Origin: Anaeramoeba ignava BMAN
Lineage: Eukaryota; Protista; Anaeramoebae
Direction: 5' to 3'
DNA length: 64,000 bases
NCBI GenBank assembly: GCA_028826165.1
Contig: JAPDFW010000060.1
Location: 496,001-560,000, forward strand
In this document: positions 46,689 to 57,165 of the stretch, one piece after another
How the letters are laid out: each line of letters opens with the position of its first letter
Numbering within the stretch: position 1 is the stretch's first letter
Notes under the pieces: generated by a model
What the model was told of the DNA's origin: nothing
Seen by the model: the letters and a program-made list of their open reading frames with translations, nothing else
Databases searched by the model: none
Translations under genes and position numbers: made by a program

Positions 46689-49436
46689 ATGGAATTTAAA
46701 AAATTTCTTAGTTTTCTTGGACCACCAGGATGTGGTAAATAATAAAAATAAATAATAAATAATAAATAAGAACAGATAATAATTAAATTATTATATTATT
46801 AAAAACAGGAAAAGGAACACAAGCACCAAAAGTGACAGATAAATATCAACTTCAATTTCTTGTAAATTAATTAAAATTTATTTATTTATAAAATTTATTT
46901 ATAAAATTTAAATTTAAATTTATAAGTCAACTGGTGATGTTTTTAGACAAGCAATTAAAGATGAAACTGACTTAGGAAAAAAAGCAAAAGATTTTGTTTC
47001 AAATGGAAAATTAGTTCCTGATTCAATTGTAATTGATATGATTTCTGAGAGAATTTTTGAAGAAGTAAAAAAAACAGAAGGAATTTTATTTGATGGATTT
47101 CCTCGTACTTATACTCAAGCTATTGCTCTTGATAAAATGTTACAGAAATTTAGAGCTCGTGTTCATGCTGTTATTAGTTTTGATGTTCCTGATTCTGTTT
47201 TATTTGAAAGAATTACTGGTAGATTAACTCATATCCCTTCAGGTCGTACTTATCATAAAACTTTTAAACCTCCAAAAATTCCAATGAAAGATGATGTAAT
47301 TTGATTTCTATATTTAAATATATTTATTTAATTTAAATATTAATTAAATTTAAATATATTTATTGAATTTAAATATATTTATTAAATTTAAATATTTATT
47401 AAATTTAAATATATTTATTAAATTTAAATATATTTATTTGGATTAAAATATATTTATTGAATTTAAATATATTTATTTGAATTTAAATATTTATTGAATT
47501 AAAGTATATTTATTAAATTTAAATATATTTATTTGATTTAAATATATTTATTGAATTTAAATATATTTATTTGATTTAAAATATATTTATTGAATTTAAA
47601 TATATTTATTTGATTTAAATATATTTATTGAATTTAAATATATTTATTGAATTTAAATATATTTATTAAATTTAAAATATATTTATTGAATTTAAATATA
47701 TTTATTAAATTTAAATATTTATTTGAATTTAAATATTTATTGAATTTAAATATTTATTGAATTAAAATATATTTATTAAATTTAAAATATATTTATTAAA
47801 TTTAAATATATTTATTTTGGATTTAAATATATTTATTTGAATTTAAATATATTTATTAAATTTAAATATATTTATTAAATTAAAAATATATTTATTAAAT
47901 TTAAATATATTTATTAAATTTAAAATATATTTATTAAATTTAAATATATTTATTGAATTTATATATATATTTATTAAATTAAAATATATTTATTAAATTT
48001 AAAATATATTTATTAAATTTAAATATATTTATTGAATTTAAAATATATTTATTAAATTTAAATATATTTATTAAATTTAAATATATTTATTAAATTTAAA
48101 TATATTTATTAAATTTAAATATATTTATTGAATTAAATTAAAATTTTAAATATATTTATTAGATTAAAATATATTTATTAAATTTAAATACATTTATTTG
48201 ATTTAAATATATTTATTGAATTTAAATATATTTATTTTGGATTTAAAATATATTTATTTGGATTTTAAATATATTTTATTGAATTTAAATATATTTATTT
48301 AAATTTAAATATATTTATTGAATTTAAAATATTAAATTAAATTTAAATATATTTATTGAATTAAAATATATTTATTGGAATTTAAAATATATTTATTAAA
48401 TTTAAATATATTTATTAAATTTAAATATATTTATTAAATTTAAATATATTTATTAGATTTAAAATATATTTATTAAATTTTAAAACATTAATTGAATTTA
48501 AATATATTTATTAAATTAAAATATATTTATTAAATTAAAAATACATTTATTAAATTAAAATACATTTATTAAATTTAAATATATTTATTTGAATTAAAAT
48601 ATATTTATTAAATTTAAATATATTTATTAGATTAAAATACATTTATTAAATTTAAATACATTTATTAAATTTAAATATATTTATTAAATTAAAAATATAT
48701 TTATTAAATTTAAATATATTTATTTTTAATTAAAAATATTTATTGAATTAAAATATATTTATTAAATTTAAAATATATTTATTAAATTTAAATACTTATT
48801 GAATTTAAATATATTAATTAGATTTAAAAATATATTTATTAAATTAAAAATATTTATTGAATTTAAATATATTAATTAAATTTAAATATTAATTAAATTT
48901 AAATATATTTATTAAATTAAAAAATACATTTATTGAATTTAAATATTTATTAAATTTAAATATATTTATTAAATTAAAATATATTTATTGAATTTAAATA
49001 TATTTATTAAATTTAAATATATTTATTAAATTTAAATATATTTATTGAATTTAAATATATTTATTAAATTTAATATATTTATTAAATTAAAAAATATTTA
49101 TTGAATTTAAATATATTTATTAAATTAAAATATATTTATTATATTAAAATATATTTATTTGAATTTAAATATATTTATTGAATTTAAATATTTATTTGAA
49201 TTAAAATATATTTATTTGAATTTAAATATTTATAGGTTACAGGAGAAGATTTAGTTCAAAGAAAAGATGATACACCAGAATATTTAACTAGAAGATTAAA
49301 AGAATTTCATGAAAACGCTGATTTAATCAAAGATCATTACAGAAAATTAGGAGTACTTATTTCTGTTAATGCAAATCAATCAATTAATTCAGTTACAAAT
49401 GAAGTTTTAACTTCAATTAATAAATTACTTAAATAA
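46689..49436 (+). CDS. ADK: Adenylate kinase (long-LID, AK2-type)
   Basis: Exons 46689-46734, 46809-46861, 46927-47295, 49236-49436 (222 aa). GPPGCGKGTQA, STGDVFR, LVPD, FDGFPRT, GRLTHIPSGRTYH..DDVTGEDLVQRKDD. Confidence 0.93.
47296..49235. repeat. 1.94-kb intron composed of an about 20-nt AT satellite (AAATATATTTATTAAATTT variants)
   Basis: GT at 47296, AG at 49234-49235; the repeat fills the intron. Confidence 0.9.
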
Positions 49437-49885
49437 TTGAAATGGTTTTAATCAATTTGATGAAATAATTCCCAAAAACAAAAAAAAGCAAAACGTCCAC
49501 TTTTATTTTCTACTTTTTCTATTCCCTTTTCTTTCAGTTAAAAAATTAATTAATTTCAAAATAAAATTTAAAAAGAGAAAAAAAGAAAAAAAAAATTTTT
49601 AATTTTAATTTTTTCATTTTTTTTTTCATTTTTTTTTATTATAAAAAAAGTAAAATTTTAAATATAATTAAATATACTTTTTGGTTGTGATGATTAACTT
49701 AAAAAGAGAAACTTAAAAAACTCTTGTTTTTAAGATGTTTTTGTTTCAATGAAATCTTTTTTTTTGTCATAGTTAAACTGAACCAAAATAAATTTAAAAA
49801 CAAAAACAAAAAAATAATTTTTTTTTTTAAATTTTTTTTTTTCATTTTTTTCATTTTTATTGAAGGGAAAATAAGAGAAACAAAA

Positions 49886-51722
49886 ATGGAAGATAGTTCA
49901 AATTTAGAAATTGGTCAAGTTGTCGATTTTACATCACACAAAGGAATAATTTATAGAGGAACGATTGCACAAAAAATTCAAGATGAAAGAAAAGTTATTT
50001 TAGAACAAGGTTTGTTTTAATAAATTTTTTTCTTTCTTTTATAAAAAAAAGAAGAAAGAGGAAAAAAAAAATAAATTCAAAATTAAATTTAAAATTAAAT
50101 TCAAAATAAAATTCAAAATTAAATTTAAAATTAAATTCAAAATTAAATTCAAAATTTAAAATTAAATTCAAAAATAAATTAAAAATTAAATTCAAAATAA
50201 AATTTAAAATTAAATTCAAAATTAAATTCAAAATTAAATTCAAAATTAAATTCAAAATTAAATTTAAAAATAAATTCAAAATTAAATTTAAAATTAAATT
50301 TAAAAATTAAATTTAAAATTAAATTCAAAAATAAATTTAAAATTAAATTCAAAATTAAATTCAAAAATTAAATTTAAAATTAAATTCAAAATTAAATTCA
50401 AAATTAAATTCAAAATTAAATTCAAAATTAAATTCAAAATTAAATTCAAAATTAAATTTAAAATTGAATTCAAAATCAAATTCAAAATTAAATTCAAAAT
50501 TAAATTTAAAATTAAATTCAAAATTAAATTCAAAATTAAAAATAAATTCAAAAATAAATTTAAAATTAAATTCAAAATTAAATTCAAAATTAAATTCAAA
50601 ATTAAATTCAAAATTAAATTCAAAATTAAATTCAAAATTAAATACAAAATTAAATTCAAAATTCAAAATTAAATTCAAAATTCAAAATTAAATTTAAAAT
50701 TAAATTTAAAAATAAATTTAAAATTAAATTCAAAAATAAATTTAAAATTAAATTCAAAATTAAATTTAAAATTAAATTCAAAAATAAATTTAAAATTAAA
50801 TTCAAAATTAAATTCAAAATTTAAAAATAAATTAAAATTTAAAAATTAAAATTAAAAATTTGCTATTTTTTTTCAATATGAAAAAATAGTCAGCATAATG
50901 GGAAACCAAAATGGTCCAATTCAAAATTCAACGATTTATCCTCGAGTTTCTTTTGGAATAGACCAACTATTAGAAATTCAAGTCATTAAACAACCAACAG
51001 GAAATGAAATACTACAACAACAACAACTTGAAATTGAATCAATTCCAGAAACAAATCAAACAAAGGAAAAAGAACATAAAAAAAAAACACATTCTAAAGT
51101 ACACACAAAAAAAACGAAAGTAAAAAAACAACAAGAACCAAAAAAAGAATTTGAAGAAAATTCAATGAATCAATATCAATATCCAAATCAATATCCAAAT
51201 CAATATCCAAATCAAGATCAATATCCAAATCAATTTTCAGATCAATATCCAAATCAAGATCAATATCAAGATCAATATTCAAATCAATTTTCAGATCAAT
51301 ATCGATTTTCAGATCAATATTCAAATCAATATTCAAATCAATATCAAAATCAAAATCAAAATCAAAATCAAAGCCAAGAAAAAACCCAAAATCAAAATCA
51401 AGATGAAAAAGAATCAAAACAAGAATATTATAATCCAAATAATTTTTTTGATAAAATTTCCAAAGAAAAAAACTTTAAAAAAAAATCAACTCGTCAAGAA
51501 ACAATGGAAAGAAGAAAATTAGATGAAGAAACATTTGGTCCTACTCCAAATAGATTTTCTAGACAACAAATTGCTCCTCGACAAAAACATGTTTGGAGAT
51601 ATAAAAATACTCAAAATCAAGGTTATCAAAGAAGAAATAATCAATTTAATAGATCTTTCCGTTCAAATCCAAATCATTCTTACAATCCTAATAAATTCTT
51701 TAATTCTTTTGATCAAAATTAA
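49886..51722 (+). CDS. LSM14: LSM14/Scd6-like P-body protein
   Basis: Exons 49886-50009 and 50890-51722. N-terminal LSm domain IGQVVDFTSHKGIIYRGTI...VILEQVSIMG...VSFGIDQLLEIQV; FFD box YNPNNFFDKIS; TFG box ERRKLDEETFG. Confidence 0.78.
50070..50860. repeat. Intronic 12-nt repeat (AAATTCAAAATT)n
   Basis: Fills the LSM14 intron. Confidence 0.9.
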
Positions 51723-52023
51723 ATCGGATGATTGATTTTTTTTTTGTTTTTTTTTTATCAAAAATCATCAGGAAAAAAATATCTTTTCTTTAAAAACAAA
51801 ATTCAGAATTCAAAACAATTAAATTCAAAATTAAATACAAAATTAAATTCAAATTCAAAACAATTAAATTCAAAATTAAATTAAATTCAAAATTCAAAAT
51901 TAAATTCAAAATTCAATTCAAAATTCAAAATAAAATTCAAAATAAAAATCATTTTTTTCATTTTTTTCATTTTTTTCATTTTGTTTTTTTTTTCTTTTTC
52001 TTTTTGTTTTTAAATTGTTAATA

Positions 52024-55000
52024 ATGAACTTTTTAAAAAAAAGAAAAATTGAAGAAAATAATTCAAAAAATAATTTAAAAAATAAAAAAGAAATAAATAA
52101 TAAATCTCCAACAGAAAATATTTTTGAAAAAGAAATGGCATTTATGATTTTAGGAATACCAACATTAATTGCATACTTTTCAATTTGTGGAAAAACAACA
52201 TTTATAATTTACATTTTAGCATTCATTTTAATAACAATAAAAAAATTTATGAATGAAAACACAAAGGATTACTGGATAATTTGGGGAGCAACAATTTTAT
52301 CAATAATAATGCTGCAAATATCAGCAAGATTTAGATTAATTTCAAGATCATGGATTAATATGATAATGAGTTGGAATCTTTTTTGTTTTTCTTTAATTTT
52401 TGCAACTTTCATTTCAGTTCAAAACAAACAATTCAATAACAGAATTCATCCACATTTTATTCTTGCAATAAAAAATGCAATAATAGCTGCTTTTCCTATG
52501 TCAAGTTCTGTTATTCTTGCATGGTCATTAAGCGCAATTTCTAGTCTTCAATACTCTCCGTTTTATTTGCATTTTTTTCTTTCTTTAAATTGCATTCTTT
52601 ATTCAAGGCAAGATTTAAGTCTAAATATTGTTTCAGATTCACTCAATAAATTTGAAAATCCTGAAGATGAAAAAGTAAACTCACAAAACAATATGAATAT
52701 TAATATTAATATGAATACTCACAAAAAGAATGAGGAAACATTTGATAACCAAGAAATCACACAAATTCATCACCAAAAAAATATCGAAAAGGAAAAAGCT
52801 TCAAAAATCACAAAACGTTTCCATTCGATTGCACTTCTTTTATTCCCAACCTTAATCTATCTTTCTTTATTTCATAAAAAAATTATGGATTTGGATCATT
52901 TGGCAAATAGTATTTTATTACTATCTTCTGGATTTCTCGTGGCAATATTCACAAGAAACCTCTGCACAACATTCGCACCAATAACGAAGATGGTTTTGTT
53001 TTCTGCGAGTATTTTCTTGTTGACTACCTCTTTATTGTTTTTGTTTGCCAAAAATTTTCACACTTTGCGAGATCTAGTTTTTTTGTCATTACTTTTCTAT
53101 TCAATTTCAGGGGTTGTTTCGCTACATATATGGCAAATAAACATTGAGGGATTAATTCGCAAGAAAAATTTCAATGTGTCTTTCCATACTTTGGTGCTAT
53201 GTATTGTGTTTTCGATCACACGTCTTCTGTTTTTCCCTTGGATTCTTGTCACATCCTCATTGGTGGCAAGTTTTCTCATCTCGACCTATTATTTCAGGCG
53301 TCAGATGAAACACTATGCAATCTTTCTTGCTTCAGTCTTGATTACAAGCTTCTGGATCATCAGAAAAACCCTTTGGTTTATTGATTACAATTTCGCATTG
53401 TTGGGAATTAGTATGCAAACAGTCTCAATTGTGCTGTTTCTTCTCATGACCATTCTTGCAGTATCTGTGCCCCAACTTTCATCAAACAGAGAAACGACCC
53501 AAGATCAAATGCGTGTGTGTGCATTTGCGCTTCCAGGTCAATTCGCCGGTTTTTTAATCTTCATCCATTCTGTCGGAATGCTTTTTCTTGAGTTTCTTCT
53601 CTATTCCGAATTCCGCAGCAACTCTGCAATCCAACATATCCACTCTTCCAAAATTTTGAGCGCAATAAATCTTATCAAGACAATATTCGACATAAGTCAC
53701 TTTTCTTCTTCCTTGCTTTTGTTCGACATTCTATTCGCTTTTGCGGTTATGATCAAACTCAAAAATAAGCTCAACCCGCGCTTGTTCCGTTTGACAATCA
53801 CATCTGTTCTTTGCAAGTTCTTGATCCCGCTTCATAGTTACTTACAAGTTCATCCTTTTCATCTTGTTTTTCCTTTCGCCATTTTCGTTTTCTTGTTTCT
53901 TGAATTAAATAGTGTTAAAAAAACACCCCCAAATGACCCCGAACAAAACAATCCCCTAATTTTTTTTATTCGCACAAATCCCAAATTACAAAACGACATG
54001 CGCATAATTTTGGAGTTTTCTTTTCTGTTTGGCGTCTTTCTCATCACCTCTTTTTGGTTCATTTTTATGTCAGAATTTTTCTCTTCAATTTCACAAACTT
54101 TCTTGTGCTCTTTAACATGCGCATCTCTAGCCTCACTTCCTTTATCTTTCAAACACTCATTCTCAATGGCTCTAAAAAGGATCAACATTTCTTCCATCAT
54201 CTTGACAAGTTTCTTACTGTATATCAATCCGGATCTATCTCTGGATATTTCGCATAGCGTGGTTTGGTTCTTGCTTGTCTCCGTTTTTCTTTTCTTGCTT
54301 TCAATCACTTCGGTTGCAAACATAAAAACCTCTCCACTCATCCAATTTTTATTTGCTCTTTCATTGGGCAGCGCCATTGGAACATTTCTCGCTGATTTGA
54401 TCCAAAAAGATGTCTCTTCCTCCTCTTTTGCAGAAACGTTGTATTTCCCTCAAAACCAATGGGGAGCATTATCGATCCAAATTATTTACAGTGTTTCTTT
54501 TGCTTGTGCGATTGAGATTATTCTTCTGATTATGTACAACCTCCAAATCGACACCTCTATCCCAGTTGTGTCTCAATCACGAATCATATCACTCCAGTTC
54601 CAAAACAGATCCGCAATTTATGCTCTTTGGGTTTTGTTTTCTTTATTTTTCTCGATTCCGTTCTCGATATTTCTCTTCTTCCCATTTTCATCATTCAAGT
54701 TGAACACATCCCTGCTGTTCACAATCCTCACAATCTCCATTTCGCTTTTTATCAAAATCAAAATCTATCTAGTAACGTGGATATATGAAGAAACAAACCC
54801 TGAAAAAATAGTTGAATTGGCAAACACAAAAAAATCGAGATTGGGTGATCATTTCCCATTTTCGGAACTTTTTCTGGTTCGGGACTTCCATTTTCTTATA
54901 ATGACCTTAAATATCTTTGTTCTGATTAGTTTCATCTCTCTTTGCGCGCTTTCTTGGGTTTTGGATTGGAGTGATTTGACTATTTTTGCCTTTTCTTTGT

Positions 55001-55392
55001 TGCTTCTTTTGCTGAGTCGCGATCCAAAGTACTTGATTCAATTATCAGAACAGAACAGGTTTTTTCCGTCAGTTTTAGGTGTTGTTTCCTTTCTGATTTT
55101 CCGTTCTTTTTCTTGGATTTTCTCGTTCAATATTTTGTCATTGAATTTTGTGAAAGAATTGCTATTTTTGTTAATTGTTGCTTTCCAAAGTGTGAAAAAT
55201 GGCACTTTTTTTCTTTTACCTTTTGATAATCTTTCATTTTTTTGGTGGATTTTAATGCCTTTTAATTTCTTGTGTTTTCTTTTTGGGATTGTTAAATCAA
55301 CAAGAATTCTTGGGATGATGAATATTGGATTTGGATTATATATGATTTTTACTCGAAAATTTCGAAATGAAAAAGGAATGAAAAAATTGTGA
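52024..55392 (+). CDS. Large polytopic membrane protein, probable NEF1 (no exine formation 1)-like, intronless
   Basis: 1122 aa with more than 20 hydrophobic segments. C-terminal IFAFSLLLLLLSRD..LIQLSEQNRFFP recalls the plant NEF1 motif IFFLAPILLLLNQD..FGDKQRYFP (from memory, not searched). Confidence 0.6.
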   Translation: MNFLKKRKIEENNSKNNLKNKKEINNKSPTENIFEKEMAFMILGIPTLIAYFSICGKTTFIIYILAFILITIKKFMNENTKDYWIIWGATILSIIMLQISARFRLISRSWINMIMSWNLFCFSLIFATFISVQNKQFNNRIHPHFILAIKNAIIAAFPMSSSVILAWSLSAISSLQYSPFYLHFFLSLNCILYSRQDLSLNIVSDSLNKFENPEDEKVNSQNNMNININMNTHKKNEETFDNQEITQIHHQKNIEKEKASKITKRFHSIALLLFPTLIYLSLFHKKIMDLDHLANSILLLSSGFLVAIFTRNLCTTFAPITKMVLFSASIFLLTTSLLFLFAKNFHTLRDLVFLSLLFYSISGVVSLHIWQINIEGLIRKKNFNVSFHTLVLCIVFSITRLLFFPWILVTSSLVASFLISTYYFRRQMKHYAIFLASVLITSFWIIRKTLWFIDYNFALLGISMQTVSIVLFLLMTILAVSVPQLSSNRETTQDQMRVCAFALPGQFAGFLIFIHSVGMLFLEFLLYSEFRSNSAIQHIHSSKILSAINLIKTIFDISHFSSSLLLFDILFAFAVMIKLKNKLNPRLFRLTITSVLCKFLIPLHSYLQVHPFHLVFPFAIFVFLFLELNSVKKTPPNDPEQNNPLIFFIRTNPKLQNDMRIILEFSFLFGVFLITSFWFIFMSEFFSSISQTFLCSLTCASLASLPLSFKHSFSMALKRINISSIILTSFLLYINPDLSLDISHSVVWFLLVSVFLFLLSITSVANIKTSPLIQFLFALSLGSAIGTFLADLIQKDVSSSSFAETLYFPQNQWGALSIQIIYSVSFACAIEIILLIMYNLQIDTSIPVVSQSRIISLQFQNRSAIYALWVLFSLFFSIPFSIFLFFPFSSFKLNTSLLFTILTISISLFIKIKIYLVTWIYEETNPEKIVELANTKKSRLGDHFPFSELFLVRDFHFLIMTLNIFVLISFISLCALSWVLDWSDLTIFAFSLLLLLLSRDPKYLIQLSEQNRFFPSVLGVVSFLIFRSFSWIFSFNILSLNFVKELLFLLIVAFQSVKNGTFFLLPFDNLSFFWWILMPFNFLCFLFGIVKSTRILGMMNIGFGLYMIFTRKFRNEKGMKKL

Positions 55393-55429
55393 AAAAGAAA
55401 TAAGAAAACAATTTATTTTTGCAATAAAT

Positions 55430-56865
55430 TTTAAATAAAATAAAAAGTGGAATAAATTTTAAATAAATTTTAAATAAATTATAAATAAATTTTAAATAAA
55501 TTATAAATAAATTTTAAATAAATTTTAAATAAATTTTAAATAAATTTTAAATAGATTTTAAATTAATTAAAAAGTGGAATGAAAAGTGGAATAGATTTTA
55601 AATAAATTATAAATAAATTTTAAATAAATTTTAAATTAATTAAAAAGTGGAATAAATTTTAAATAAATTTTAAATAAATTATAAATAAATTATAAATAAA
55701 TTTTAAATAAATTTTAAATAAATTATAAATAAATTTTAAATAAATTTTAAATTAAATAAAAAGTGGAATGAAAAGTGGAATAAATTATAAATAAATTTTA
55801 AATAAAATATAAATAAATTTAAATAATTTTTAAATAAATTTTAAATAAATTTTAAATAAATTTTAAATAAATTTTAAATAAATAATAAATAAATTTTAAA
55901 TGAATTATAAATAAATTTTAAATAAATTTTAAATAAATTTTAAATAAATAATAAATAAATTTTAAATTAATTATATAAATAAATTTTAAATAAATTTTAA
56001 ATAAATTTTAAATGAATTATAAATAAATTTTAAAATAAATTTTAAATAAATTTTAAATAAATTTTAAATAAATTTTAAATTAATTATATAAATATATTTT
56101 AAATAAATTTTAAATAAATTATAAATAAATTTTAAATAAATTATAAATAAATTATAAATAAATTTTAAATAAATTTTAAATAAATTTTAAATAAATTTTA
56201 AATAAATTATAAATAAATTATAAATAAATTTTAAATTAAATAAAAAGTGGAATGAAAAGTGGAATTAATTTTAAATAAATTTTAAATAAATTTTAAATAA
56301 ATTTTAAATAAATTTTAAATAAATTTTAAATAAATTTTAAATAAATTATAAATAAATTTTAAATTAATTATAAAAATAAAAAGTGGATTAAATTATAAAT
56401 AAATTTTAAATAGATTTTAAATAAATTTTAAATAAATTTTAAATAAATTTTAAATAAATTTTAAATAAATTTTAAATAAATTTTAAATTAATTCTAAATT
56501 AAATAAAAAGTGGAATAAATTATAAATAAATAAAAAAGTGGAATGAAAAGTGGAATAAATTTTAAATAAATTATAAATAAATTTTAAATAAATTTTAAAT
56601 AAATTTTAAATAAATTTCAAATAAAATAAAAAAGTGGAATAAAAAGTGGAATAAAAAGTGAAATAGATTTTAAATAAATTATAAATAAATTTTAAATTAA
56701 ATAAAAAGTGGAATAAATTTTAAATAAATTTTAAATAAATTTTAAATAAATTTTAAAAAATAAAAAAGTGGAATGAAAAGTGGAATAGATTTTAAATAGA
56801 TTATGAATTAAAATATAAATAAATTTAAATAAATTATAAATTAAATAAAAAGTGGAATGAAAGAA
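55430..56865. repeat. Intergenic satellite (ATAAATTTTAAA)n interspersed with AAAAGTGGAAT motifs
   Basis: Read directly; about 17-19 GTGGAA-type motifs by hand count. Confidence 0.88.
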
Positions 56866-57030
56866 TTTTTTTTGTTTATTTTTAATTAAAGATCAAAAAA
56901 AATAAAAAAAGATAAGATTGATGGTGAATTATTCTCTTTAAAAAAAAATAAAAAAAAACAAAATAAATTAAACAATTAAATTCCATTTTTTTCATCAAAC
57001 AAATCATTTTTTAGAAAGAAAAAAAAGAAA

Positions 57031-57101
57031 ATGAAAAGAAAACAATTGATAATTTTAATAATACTTTTAACCATTTTAATAATAAAAACAAAAATAAATG
57101 A

Positions 57102-57165
<64 letters not shown>

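Noticed and set aside
55430-56865. GTGGAAT motif array as CRISPR or telomere
   Set aside because: Spacers are themselves tandem AT repeats, and the array is internal between intact genes.
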